A stretch of DNA of 58,481 nucleotides from a virus (taxonomy: Duplodnaviria > Caudoviricetes): the IMG/VR virus record IMGVR_UViG_3300034004_000010, positions 1 through 58,481 of that record. One strand, given 5' to 3'. Below, piece after piece: positions 26,667 through 36,451 of this stretch (positions are counted from its first letter, which is position 1; every line of letters begins with the position of its first letter). The notes beneath the pieces were generated by a model. The model ran no database searches and was not told the origin of the DNA. It saw nothing but the letters and a program-made list of their open reading frames with translations. The position numbers and the translations under genes were made by a program.

Positions 26667-29600
26667 GTGGCCGGTCCTGGTGGTGTTGAGGTGGGTCGCG
26701 CGGCCGTCCGCGTTTTGCCTGACACGTCACAGTTCGGCAAGTCGCTGGGCGCTTACATCCAGCGGATCGAGCGTTCCCTCAAGGTCGAGATCCCCACGAC
26801 GATCGACACCACCGGCCTCCGCGCGGATCTCGCGCGGGTGCAGGCCGAGGTCAAGGCCGCCAAGCCCACCATCAAAGTGGACGTTGACGTTGACCGCCCG
26901 GCGCTGGTGGGGCTCGCGTCGGTGTCGCGGTCGTTCCGCAGCGCCTCGAGCGAGGGGTCGACCCTCACGACGGTCATGGGGCAGATCCGCACCTCGGCGG
27001 CGAGTGTGGGCGCGACCCTGCTGACGTGGGGCCCGCCGATCGTGGGGGCGGCTGCGGGTGTGGTGGCTCTGGCGCCGGCGGTGCTCGCGCTGGTTCCTGC
27101 GGCGACCGCTGCTGGTGGCGCGATCGGCGCCTTGGCGTTGGGCGTCAAGGGGCTGGGTGACGCGTTCAAGTACGCGGGTGACCCGAAGAAGGTCGAGGAG
27201 TTCAACGCGGCGATGAAGGCGCTGGCGCCGTCGGCGCGGGCGTCTGTCCGTGAGGTGCTGGCGCTGAAGCCGGCGTTCCAGAACGTGCAGCAGGCGACAC
27301 AGCAAGCCCTGTTCCGTGGGGTCGCTCCGCTGATCGAGAAGATGAAGCCGCTGCTGGGCGTCCTCAAGACGGCCATGGTCGGGTTCGCGAACGTGGCGAA
27401 CACGGCGTTGCGGTCCTTCCTGAAGTTCGTCGCGTCGGCGCCTGGGATGCAGTTGATCGCGCAGGCGTTCAAGGCGTCGCAGCAGGCCACGGCTCCGTTC
27501 GTGCAGTCGCTGCTGCCGCTGGTGCAGATCATGCTGCGGTTGACGGTGGCCGCGGCGCCGGCGCTGAAGCTGATGGCGGACGGGTTCCTGTCCGTCGTCC
27601 AGCGGATCAACGGGTTCATCGCGGCCGGTGTGAAGTCGGGCAGCCTGACCCGCACGATCACGGGTGCGATGCAGGCGCTGGGCCGGGTGTTCGGGGCCGT
27701 GGGCGGGGCGCTGGCTCCGCTGATCTCGATCCTGGCGAAGCTGGGGCCGCTGGTCATTGGTGGCCTCGTGGCTGCGTTCCAGGGCCTCGGCGCGGCGCTG
27801 ACGTACATCAACGGCAAGTCCGGGCAGATCGCGACCATCTTCCAGGGCATCGCGGCGGCGTTGGCGCCGCTGGCGGCCATGTTCCAGCGGCTCCTGGCTG
27901 CGGCGGTCCCGGTCATCACGCAGGTGTTCGCGTGGCTCGCCGCTAACGTTCCGGGCCTGGTGGGGGTCGTCCGGGGCGTGGGGACGGCGCTGCAGCCGTT
28001 GGTTGACGGGTTCCGGGGCCTCGTGTCGGCGATCGGCCCGCAGTTGGCACCGACGTTCGCCGCGCTGCGGACGTTCGTGGCGGCGGTGCTGCCGTCGCTG
28101 CAGGAGTTCGGGGCGAAGCTGATCGGGCTCGTGGGGCCGGCGATCTCGCAGATCGGTCGGCTCATCGCCACGGACTTGCTGCCGGCGTTCCAGCGGTTCC
28201 TGCCGGTCATCACGCCGGTAGTGCAGTTCCTGATCCGCACCTTCGGCGGAGTGGTCATCGGGGCCGTGAACGGCGCGATCAACGTCATCAAGGGCGTCAT
28301 CATCGTGCTGTCGGGGCTGATGGACTTCATCACGGGCGTGTTCACCGGCAACTGGTCGCGGGCGTGGCAGGGCATCAAGACGATCGTCGTGGGCATCCTC
28401 AACGCGCTCCTGGGTGTCATCCAGATCGTGTGGAACGCCGGGGTGGTCGGCTCGTTCGCGAAGGGCTTCGCCGCGATCAAGGGGCTGTTCTCGAGCGGTG
28501 TGGCCGCGATCCGTGGACTGTTCTCCAGTGGGGTGGCGGTCCTGAAGGGGATCGCGTCGGGCGCGATGAACCTCGCCACGAGCGCGTTCAAGTCGGGCCT
28601 GTCGGGTGCGTTGAGCCTGTTCAAGGCGCTGCCGGGGCAGATCCTGTCGGCCCTGGGCCGACTGGACCGACTGCTGTTCGATGCCGGCGTCAAGCTCATC
28701 GGCGGCCTGGTCAATGGGATCAAGTCGATGTTCGGCGCGGTCACGGGCGCCGTCGGCAGCCTCGCGGGCAAGATCAAGGACTTCTTTCCCGGGTCGCCGG
28801 TGAAGACGGGCCCGCTGACGGCCTGGAACAACGGCGGCCCCGGCAAGAAGCTCGTCGAGATGCTCATCAAGGGGCTGACGGGGTCGCAGTCGCAGGTGGC
28901 GTCCGCGGCGGCCAGTGTGGGCGACACGATCCAGAAGGCCGTGGCCGCGTACCTGAACGAGAAGTCGTCCCTCGCCAAGAAGATCGCGGCCGACGCTGAG
29001 CGGGTCAACGCGGCGCGGAAGCGGTACGCCGACGTGGTGAAGCTGCACGGCCTGACGGCGGCGAACGCGATCAACTCGGCGCGGGACGCCGTGGCCAAGG
29101 CCGGCGCGAAGTTCGCGGCGGACAAGTCGCGGGGCGCGTCCGCGGCGGTGCTGCGCAAGGACACGGCGGCGCTGACGCAGGCACAGGGGCGGCTGCAGCA
29201 GGTCATCAAGACGCAGGGGACGCGGACGGCGATCGCGGTCTCGAACGCGCGGGCGGCGCTGCAGAAGGCTGTCGCGAAGCTCGCCGGCGACAAGATCGAC
29301 CTGACGTCGCTGAACAAGCAGTTTGGTGCCCTGGGTGACCCGAAGAAGGTCGCCCTGGTCCTGAAGGTCACGAAGAACTACGAGGGTGCCCTGGCCCGGA
29401 TCGCCGTCGCCCGTGAGGCGTTGGCGGAGCGGTTGAAGGATGCGCAGTCGAAGCTGGCCGACGCGATGAAGATCCGCGACGACTACGCGGCGTCGGTGCG
29501 GCAGGCGGTGGTCGACTTCGGGAACCTGACGCGGGCGCAGGCTGAGGATGGCAAGGCCCTCACCTCGGACAACGTCTTGGCGAACCTGCGGCAGAAGCTC

Positions 29601-30137
29601 GCCGCGATCCAACTGTTCCGGCAGAACATCCGCGCCTTGCAGTCGCAGGGTCTGTCGAACGACGCGTTGAAGCAGCTTGTGGATGCGGGTGTCGAGGCGG
29701 GCAGTGCGACGGCGACGGCGCTGGTGCAGGGCGGTCAGGCGGCGGTGCAGGAGGTCAACAACCTCACGGCGTCGATCGGGGCGGCGGCGAACGACCTGGG
29801 GGTGTCGACGTCGCAGCAGTTCTTCCAGGCGGGCGTGAATCAGGCGCAGGCGCTGGTGGCGGGGTTGCAGGCGCAGTCGGCTCAGTTGGAGTCGCAGGCC
29901 ACGGCCATCGCGCTGGCGATGGTCAACGCGATCAAGCGGGTGTTCGCTGGCGCGTCGTACGACTACGGCTTCAAGGGCACGGTCCCGACGACCGTTGGCG
30001 GGAAGAAGGCGGGCGTTCAGGCGCCGCCGGTGGTCGTGAACATCACGAACCCGGTGCCGGAGAAGGCCAGCACGTCTGTGACGCGGATCCAGCGGAACAT
30101 GGCGCTGCTCGGTCCGGCCGTCGCCCGTCCTGCCTGA
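26667..30137 (+). CDS. Tape measure protein
   Basis: 1156 aa, Ala/Gly-rich helical repeats, FTGNWSRAWQGIK, FPGSPVKTGPL. Confidence 0.95.
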   Translation: MAGPGGVEVGRAAVRVLPDTSQFGKSLGAYIQRIERSLKVEIPTTIDTTGLRADLARVQAEVKAAKPTIKVDVDVDRPALVGLASVSRSFRSASSEGSTLTTVMGQIRTSAASVGATLLTWGPPIVGAAAGVVALAPAVLALVPAATAAGGAIGALALGVKGLGDAFKYAGDPKKVEEFNAAMKALAPSARASVREVLALKPAFQNVQQATQQALFRGVAPLIEKMKPLLGVLKTAMVGFANVANTALRSFLKFVASAPGMQLIAQAFKASQQATAPFVQSLLPLVQIMLRLTVAAAPALKLMADGFLSVVQRINGFIAAGVKSGSLTRTITGAMQALGRVFGAVGGALAPLISILAKLGPLVIGGLVAAFQGLGAALTYINGKSGQIATIFQGIAAALAPLAAMFQRLLAAAVPVITQVFAWLAANVPGLVGVVRGVGTALQPLVDGFRGLVSAIGPQLAPTFAALRTFVAAVLPSLQEFGAKLIGLVGPAISQIGRLIATDLLPAFQRFLPVITPVVQFLIRTFGGVVIGAVNGAINVIKGVIIVLSGLMDFITGVFTGNWSRAWQGIKTIVVGILNALLGVIQIVWNAGVVGSFAKGFAAIKGLFSSGVAAIRGLFSSGVAVLKGIASGAMNLATSAFKSGLSGALSLFKALPGQILSALGRLDRLLFDAGVKLIGGLVNGIKSMFGAVTGAVGSLAGKIKDFFPGSPVKTGPLTAWNNGGPGKKLVEMLIKGLTGSQSQVASAAASVGDTIQKAVAAYLNEKSSLAKKIAADAERVNAARKRYADVVKLHGLTAANAINSARDAVAKAGAKFAADKSRGASAAVLRKDTAALTQAQGRLQQVIKTQGTRTAIAVSNARAALQKAVAKLAGDKIDLTSLNKQFGALGDPKKVALVLKVTKNYEGALARIAVAREALAERLKDAQSKLADAMKIRDDYAASVRQAVVDFGNLTRAQAEDGKALTSDNVLANLRQKLAAIQLFRQNIRALQSQGLSNDALKQLVDAGVEAGSATATALVQGGQAAVQEVNNLTASIGAAANDLGVSTSQQFFQAGVNQAQALVAGLQAQSAQLESQATAIALAMVNAIKRVFAGASYDYGFKGTVPTTVGGKKAGVQAPPVVVNITNPVPEKASTSVTRIQRNMALLGPAVARPA

Positions 30138-30162
30138 CCCGCCCGACCGAGAGGGGTAGCGC

Positions 30163-31014
30163 GTGGCTGTCCTCGCGGAAGGTTGGTACATCGACGGGGA
30201 GCCGCTGGAGAACCACGCCGTCTACATCGAGTCCCGGGATGGTTGGGATGACACCCCGGAGGTTCGTGGTGACGACGTGGAGCTCCTGGGGCGGCATGGC
30301 CGCAGGTTCCGCCGCAAGAAGTACGGGCCGGGCCGGAAGACTCTCGCTGTCGCGGTCCACGGCGTGGACGAGGCTGGGCTGGTCCCGGAGGCGGGGTCGG
30401 CGCAGCGGGCGCGGTATGAGCGGAACCTGGACGCCCTGATCCGGGTGTTCTCGGTGCGGCACCGGCCGTTGCTGGTGCAGCGGGTCCACGCGGACGGGTC
30501 GCGCCGGCAGGCCGAGTGCGAGGTCACCAGCGCGCTGACCCCGGCGGTGACGGGCAACACGTACGGGCTGATGTCGGTGGAGTTCAGTGTCCCGGGCTCG
30601 TTCTGGGAGGACGTGGACCCGCAGACGTACACGTTGCCGTACGACGTGGCGGCGGGCGGGGCGCAGTCGCTCGAGGTGTTCTCGCTGCAGGGGCAGACGG
30701 GGTACTGCGGGGACGCTGTGGTGACCATCACGGGGCCGTGCACGACGGTCGCGGTGCGGGACCACGAGACGGGCCGTGGGTTCGCCTACGGCGCGTTGAC
30801 GCTCGGCCAGTCGCTGGTGGTGGACGCGGGCGCGTTCACCGCAACGGTGGCCGCCGCGAACGTCCTGACGGACCTGATTCCGGATGACGCGCAACTGCTC
30901 GAGGTGGGTCCGGCGCCGCAGACGTACCGGGGTCCGCTGGTGGACGTGACGACCACGGGTGCTGCGGCTGGGTTCTCGGTGACGTTCCAGACGCAGCGGA
31001 AGTGGCTGCGTTGA
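30163..31014 (+). CDS. Distal tail (Dit-like) minor tail protein
   Basis: First gene after the tape measure; FW.D motif; ends KWLR. Confidence 0.75.
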   Translation: MAVLAEGWYIDGEPLENHAVYIESRDGWDDTPEVRGDDVELLGRHGRRFRRKKYGPGRKTLAVAVHGVDEAGLVPEAGSAQRARYERNLDALIRVFSVRHRPLLVQRVHADGSRRQAECEVTSALTPAVTGNTYGLMSVEFSVPGSFWEDVDPQTYTLPYDVAAGGAQSLEVFSLQGQTGYCGDAVVTITGPCTTVAVRDHETGRGFAYGALTLGQSLVVDAGAFTATVAAANVLTDLIPDDAQLLEVGPAPQTYRGPLVDVTTTGAAAGFSVTFQTQRKWLR

Positions 31015-32108
31015 TCCCGGCGCCGTTGGTGCAGGTGTGGGACGCGACCGGCTCGACCGCCCTGGGGGTCCTGGCCGGGTACGCGTCGATCACGGTGTCC
31101 GATGTCCTCAACGACCTGGGGTCGCTCACGCTGGTGTTCCCGCGGGACGTTGACGGCGGGACGCTGCTGGACACCGACGAGGACCGGCAGTTGAAGCTGC
31201 TGCTGCCGGGTGCGCCGGCGATGTGGTTCCTAAACGACGACGACGCCTCGACGTATGTGTCGGACGCACCGGAGTCGGAGCCCATCAGTTACACGTGCCG
31301 GTCGCTGGCGGGGGTGCTCGACGAGGCTGTGGTGTACCCGGAGGCGACGTTCACGACGGCGACGCCGGGCGCGATTGTCGCGTCTCTGTTCGCTGCGGCG
31401 CAGTCGCGGGGGCTGCTGCAGGGCCTCACGTTGACCGGTGGCGCCACTCTGGACGCTTCGGGGGTGGCGTGGCCGACGAACGCCCCGACCGTTACGTACC
31501 GGGTCGGCACGAGCCTCCTGACGGTATTGAAGGGCCTCGCGGACGCGGGGCTGTTGGAGTGGCGGATGAACGCCCGCGCCTTGGAGGTCCACCGCGTCAG
31601 TGGCGGTCTGGATCGGACGCTGGACGTGGTCTTGCGGCCTAGGCGTGACGTGCTCGCTGCGCCTCTCACGCGGTCCCGTAGGGCGGTCGCTACGGCGGTC
31701 GTCGTCGAGGGTGACGCGGGCGCCACGGTGCGCCGCACGCAGGCCCTGACGGGCCGCAGGGCCCGCGAGGAGTACCTGTCGCAGACCTCCGCCCCTAGTG
31801 GCGCTCTCAACGACGTGGGGGACCTGTACCTCGCGGCCCACGCCGCTGCGGACGTGCAGTTCACGCATGACTTGACCGACGCGGACGAGTCGCCGGTTCC
31901 GTGGGTGGCGTACCGCCCTGGGGATCGCATCCAGACGGTTGCGGCCGGCGCGGGTGTCACGTCCCGGCGGGTGGCGCAGGTCGCGCTGTCGATGACCCCT
32001 GAGGACACGAAGGTGACGCTTGAGTTGGGGTCGCTGTTGAAGACGGCGGAGGAGCAGTTCGACGCGAAGCTGCGCCGGATCCTGCCGGGCGCCTCGTCCC
32101 TGACCTGA
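31002..32108 (+). CDS. Minor tail protein (Tal/hub-like)
   Basis: Second gene after the tape measure; LND.GS, PWV.YRPGD motifs. Confidence 0.75.
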   Translation: MAALIPAPLVQVWDATGSTALGVLAGYASITVSDVLNDLGSLTLVFPRDVDGGTLLDTDEDRQLKLLLPGAPAMWFLNDDDASTYVSDAPESEPISYTCRSLAGVLDEAVVYPEATFTTATPGAIVASLFAAAQSRGLLQGLTLTGGATLDASGVAWPTNAPTVTYRVGTSLLTVLKGLADAGLLEWRMNARALEVHRVSGGLDRTLDVVLRPRRDVLAAPLTRSRRAVATAVVVEGDAGATVRRTQALTGRRAREEYLSQTSAPSGALNDVGDLYLAAHAAADVQFTHDLTDADESPVPWVAYRPGDRIQTVAAGAGVTSRRVAQVALSMTPEDTKVTLELGSLLKTAEEQFDAKLRRILPGASSLT

Positions 32109-32127
32109 CCGATTCTGGAGGCTGCTG

Positions 32128-32604
32128 GTGCCCACACCGCCGATTCCCTACAAGACGGTGACGGGCCGCTACGACGGCCCTGATGGCACCGACGTCGCCG
32201 GCGTGACGCTGCGGTTCATCCCGTCGACCACTGTGGTTGATGCCGGCGGGAACGTCGTGGTCCCGGCGCTGCCGATCACTGTGATCACGGACGGCACGGG
32301 CGCGTTCTCAGTGAACCTGATGGTCACCGATGACCCGGACACGAACCCGACCGGCTGGTCGTGGCGCCTGTCGGAACTGTTCCCCGGCGGGCGCGAGGTC
32401 GACTTCTTCGTCCCGTCCACGTCGCCGGCGTCGGTGGCCTTTGCTGACCTAACGCCTGCGACGGACATCGACGAGCGGTACGCGTACACGACGACCGCGA
32501 CGACTGCAGCCCTCGACGCACGGATGACGTCGCTGGAAGCCACGGCGGCGATCGTCAACGCTGGGGCCGTCCTCATTCACCCCTACATCTGGGCGGGCAT
32601 CTGA
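32128..32604 (+). CDS. Minor tail protein
   Basis: Beta-rich N-terminal domain similar to that of 33776..36451. Confidence 0.7.
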   Translation: MPTPPIPYKTVTGRYDGPDGTDVAGVTLRFIPSTTVVDAGGNVVVPALPITVITDGTGAFSVNLMVTDDPDTNPTGWSWRLSELFPGGREVDFFVPSTSPASVAFADLTPATDIDERYAYTTTATTAALDARMTSLEATAAIVNAGAVLIHPYIWAGI

Positions 32605-32942
32605 TGGCAACCGCGCGCTACCTCGTTCTTGGCCAGAGCGCTCCGACCAGCACGACCGAGGCGGCCCTCTACACCGTTCCTGGCGGACGCGAAGCGATCG
32701 GCGCCACAGTCAGCGCCTGCTGCCTCGCGACGGCAGGTCAGGTGAAGGTGCGCCTGGCAGTCTGCCCCGGTGGGGCAGCAACGGTGAACAAGCACTACCT
32801 CTGGTACGACATGGTGCTCTACCCGGGGCAGACGGAGACGCTGACCATCGGCATGGGCCTCGCCGCCACGGATGTCGTCCGCGTCAAGACCGACACGGCC
32901 AATGGAGTGGCGTTCACCGCGTTCGGCACGGAGATCTACTGA
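32604..32942 (+). CDS. Minor tail/virion protein
   Basis: TGATG coupling; LYTVP...FTAFG.EI beta-sandwich pattern. Confidence 0.7.
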   Translation: MATARYLVLGQSAPTSTTEAALYTVPGGREAIGATVSACCLATAGQVKVRLAVCPGGAATVNKHYLWYDMVLYPGQTETLTIGMGLAATDVVRVKTDTANGVAFTAFGTEIY

Positions 32943-33418
32943 TGAGCGGGTACAGGTCGGGCGCCACGCCACCCCACTTCGTCACCAAGCCGAACCTGCC
33001 CGGGCGCATTCTTATCGGCGGGCCGGTCCAGATCGGTTTCCCGGGGAATGGCTACAGCGCTTGGAACGAACTCGTCGCGTCCCTTGGGACGGAGCACTAC
33101 CTGACCAGCGTCGGATGTTTCGGCGACCACGCAAGCTCAACCTTCTCGGGGCCGACCCTGGTGGATGTCGGAGTCGGTGGCAGCGGTGCCGAAGTCGTAA
33201 CGTCCACGTCGATGATCGTGGGGGCCTCCCCTGCCTACCAGGGATCATCGATCACGATCTGGGCGCCGGGCGGAGACGGCCCACTGATGCCCGCGACCCG
33301 TATCGCGGCGGGGACGCGGATCGCGGTGCGCGGGAAGATGGGTTCCGGCGGGTCGGCGGGGGCTAACTTTTACGTCTACCTGTTCGGGGTTTCCGTCACG
33401 TCCGTGGACAACTTCTGA
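32942..33418 (+). CDS. Minor tail/virion protein
   Basis: TGATG coupling; VDVGVGGSGAEVV...IAAGTRIAVR. Confidence 0.65.
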   Translation: MSGYRSGATPPHFVTKPNLPGRILIGGPVQIGFPGNGYSAWNELVASLGTEHYLTSVGCFGDHASSTFSGPTLVDVGVGGSGAEVVTSTSMIVGASPAYQGSSITIWAPGGDGPLMPATRIAAGTRIAVRGKMGSGGSAGANFYVYLFGVSVTSVDNF

Positions 33419-33747
33419 TGGCCGCGCCGAAGACTCCGCAGTCGGAGCAGTGCTGGGCGGTCGTTGACGCCACCGGCGCGCTGATCTCGGTGGGGACGGT
33501 CGTGGCGAACCCGCTGCGCAGCGGCCTGTCGAAGGTGAAGGTCGACGGCCCGTCGAACGGTCGCCCCTGGGATCCGCAGGCGAAGGCGTGGGGCGAGATT
33601 CCTGCACCTGCCGAGCCGGAACCAACCGTCACGGAGACGGTCCTGCCGATCCTCGCTGGCATCGCCGCCGACGAATCGAAGACCCGCGACGAGCGGGTCG
33701 ACGCGATCCTCGCGGCCCTCGCCGCTGTAGCGCCCGACAGCCCCTGA
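33418..33747 (+). CDS. Hypothetical tail-associated protein
   Basis: TGATG coupling. Confidence 0.6.
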   Translation: MAAPKTPQSEQCWAVVDATGALISVGTVVANPLRSGLSKVKVDGPSNGRPWDPQAKAWGEIPAPAEPEPTVTETVLPILAGIAADESKTRDERVDAILAALAAVAPDSP

Positions 33748-33775
33748 CCCGCCCGTACTCGACGAAGGGGCTTCC

Positions 33776-36451
33776 GTGAGCCTGCCCACCGGTCTGTCCA
33801 CCGTCACCGTGACCTGCGGCCCGTACGTGGACGCGAAGGGCGCCCCCTACACGGGGACCGTCACGTTCACCCCATCCACGAAGGTCCGCTGGGCCGCGAC
33901 CGGCGCCGTCGTCCTCGACGGCACCGTGAACGTCCCCATCGACACCACCGGCGTCGGGCAGGTCACCCTCCCCGCGACCGACGCCGCCGGCCTGAACGTC
34001 ACCGGGTTCACCTACAGCGTGGCGTACTCCCTGCGCGGCGCAGGCGGCGCCGTCACGGGTGTCCGCGCCGCGTACTCGATCCAGATCCCGGCCGCCGCGC
34101 CGACAGTGACGCTCGAGCTCCTGCAGCCGTTCGCCTCGACCGGCGGCATCGATGTGTCCGTGCCCGCGGTGACATCAGTGGCGGGCTTGACGGGGGCAGT
34201 GTCGGCCAGCGACCTCACCACGGCTCTCGGTGGCGTCCCTGGTGGCGGCGGGGGTGGGGGTGGAGGGGTTGTCAGCGAGCCCGTCGCAGACGCCACCGCT
34301 GTCACCAAGGGCATCCTGCAACTCACCGGCGACCTCGCCGGGACCGCCTCGTCACCCATCATCGCCACAGGCGCCGTCACCAGCGCCAAGCTCGCGGCCG
34401 GCGCCGTGGGCGCTGCGGCCCTCGGCGCAGGCGCGGTGACCAGCGCGAAACTCGCGCCCGACCTCAAGTCGACCCTGCCGCTGCTCACCCCCGCCGTGTC
34501 CACCACCACCATCGGCACCCTCGTCGCCGGAGCGGTCAACCGGATCACCCCGACCGCTGCGGCAACGCGCGGCCTGCCGGACGCCGTCAACGCAGGCGCG
34601 GGCGCCATCATCGTGGTCAAGGCCGCGGCGAACCCCGTCACCATCACCTCGCAGGGGTCCATCCCCAGCCTCGTCGGGACGTCGGGCGGCACCAGCAACG
34701 GCCTCACCCTGCCCGGCGGGATCCAGGCCGGCGACGTCATCCTCCTCGTCTGCGCCTCCTACACCCTCGGCCTCGCCGTCCCCGCCGGGTTCACGCTGCT
34801 CGCGACTGCGGCGAACGCCACCAGCGGCTCCGGCCAGGCCACGATCTTCTACAAGGTCGCGGCAGGCACGGAGTCCAGCTCGAGCATCCCCGGGATCACG
34901 AACAACACCGGCATGGCCGCCGTCGTGGTGCGCGGCGCCAACGGCACCGCCCCATTCGACCCGTCGAAGCCGACGGCGACGTTCGGGTACCAGCTCACCC
35001 ACACCCCGCCGTCGATCACCACCTCAAGCGCCTGCTACCTGCTGTTCATCGACTCCACCACGCAGGACACCACCGGCGGCTCCGTCACCGGCCCCCCGAT
35101 CCTGAACGGAAAGACGGCCACTTTCGGGATCACCATCTGGGGCGCCACGCAGAGCGGCGCGGGCACCACCGCATGCCCGGGCACCGTCACGTTCGGGAGT
35201 GCTGTCGCCGGGTCCGGCATCACCATCGGCCTCACGTCCGGTGTGACCGTCAGTTCCATCAACGGCACCGTCGGCGCCAGCCGCGTCGTCGCGGCCGGCG
35301 AGACGGTCATTCTTCGCTCCGACGGCGTCTCCGACTGGGCCGACATCACCGGCGGCTCGCCCGTATCGGTCCTGGACGCCCGCTACGACGCGGCCGGGGC
35401 GGCGACAGCCGTGGACGCCAGGGTTACGGCCCTCGCGTCGTCCATGTCGAACACCCTTGACCGGTCCCCGGTGCTGTGGCCGTTCTCGGTCGACTCGATC
35501 TGGAACCTGCCGGTCGCCACCACTGCGCGGTTCGAGAAGTCCACAGACACGATGACCGCCGCGCTGCTCGGGGCCTCGGGCACGCCGTGGATGAACTCGG
35601 AGCAGTACAGCCACCCGGTGACGCAGGCTTCGGACAGTGACCCGTTGGCGACTGTCACCGACTTCTACGAACCCACTCGGTCGGGCATCTTCCGAGTGCC
35701 AGCCAACGCCACGATCGCTGGCGGCGGCGACCAGCACATGCACATCGTGGACCCGCTACAGGTGTGGGTGCACGAGTGCTTCGGCACGACCAGGAACTCG
35801 CCGACGTCGTACACGGTCGGCCGGCACGAGGCATCAAACCTCTACGGCCCGGGCGCGGGGCCAATCGGCGGTACGCGTGCCTATGGCGGGTCCGCGATCG
35901 GGGGGCTGATCCGCAAATGGGAAGTGGACCCCACGCACCCGGCCTACACGGGTGAGATCCGGCACGCCCTAGCCATCGCACTCGGAAACAACCAGCTGTA
36001 CTACAACTCCGTCGGCTCCGCTGTCGGGCAAGACCAGTACGGGTGGGGTGCCAGCCGCGGCTACGTGTGGCCCGCGACCGAGCAGGACTACGACTCGCCG
36101 TACACGTACTTCGGCGTCATCCCGATGGGGTCGTTCTGCGCGATCCCATCGTGGGTGAACGTGGAGGCGTTGCCGTTGTCGGCGGCCGGGAAGATGGTCG
36201 CGCGGGCGATGCAGCGTTACGGCGTCTACGTCACTGACCGGTCGGCGGCGTTCACGATGTACGTCGAACCGGGAACCCCCACGTCCTGGCTGTATCCGGC
36301 CAGAGACAACATCGCCGTTCTGAGGGCGCAGCTGCGAATCGTCACCAACAGTGGAAAGGGCACCCCAGGCGGCGGTGTCTGGCTGGGTGACGACTCGAAC
36401 CGCGTCGCACCGCTGGCGCCCCCCCTTCCCCCCCTCCCGAAGGGAGCGTGA
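33776..36451 (+). CDS. Tail fibre / receptor-binding protein, multidomain
   Basis: VTSVAG, KGILQLTGDL, GAVTSAKLA repeats, poly-Gly linker, globular C-terminal domain. Confidence 0.8.
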   Translation: MSLPTGLSTVTVTCGPYVDAKGAPYTGTVTFTPSTKVRWAATGAVVLDGTVNVPIDTTGVGQVTLPATDAAGLNVTGFTYSVAYSLRGAGGAVTGVRAAYSIQIPAAAPTVTLELLQPFASTGGIDVSVPAVTSVAGLTGAVSASDLTTALGGVPGGGGGGGGGVVSEPVADATAVTKGILQLTGDLAGTASSPIIATGAVTSAKLAAGAVGAAALGAGAVTSAKLAPDLKSTLPLLTPAVSTTTIGTLVAGAVNRITPTAAATRGLPDAVNAGAGAIIVVKAAANPVTITSQGSIPSLVGTSGGTSNGLTLPGGIQAGDVILLVCASYTLGLAVPAGFTLLATAANATSGSGQATIFYKVAAGTESSSSIPGITNNTGMAAVVVRGANGTAPFDPSKPTATFGYQLTHTPPSITTSSACYLLFIDSTTQDTTGGSVTGPPILNGKTATFGITIWGATQSGAGTTACPGTVTFGSAVAGSGITIGLTSGVTVSSINGTVGASRVVAAGETVILRSDGVSDWADITGGSPVSVLDARYDAAGAATAVDARVTALASSMSNTLDRSPVLWPFSVDSIWNLPVATTARFEKSTDTMTAALLGASGTPWMNSEQYSHPVTQASDSDPLATVTDFYEPTRSGIFRVPANATIAGGGDQHMHIVDPLQVWVHECFGTTRNSPTSYTVGRHEASNLYGPGAGPIGGTRAYGGSAIGGLIRKWEVDPTHPAYTGEIRHALAIALGNNQLYYNSVGSAVGQDQYGWGASRGYVWPATEQDYDSPYTYFGVIPMGSFCAIPSWVNVEALPLSAAGKMVARAMQRYGVYVTDRSAAFTMYVEPGTPTSWLYPARDNIAVLRAQLRIVTNSGKGTPGGGVWLGDDSNRVAPLAPPLPPLPKGA

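Noticed and set aside
26727-30191. Very long antisense and alternate-frame ORFs (also 18959-20704, 13999-15120, 54360-55913)
   Set aside because: These are shadow ORFs of high-GC coding sequence: Arg/Pro-rich, without motifs, and overlapping well-supported genes.
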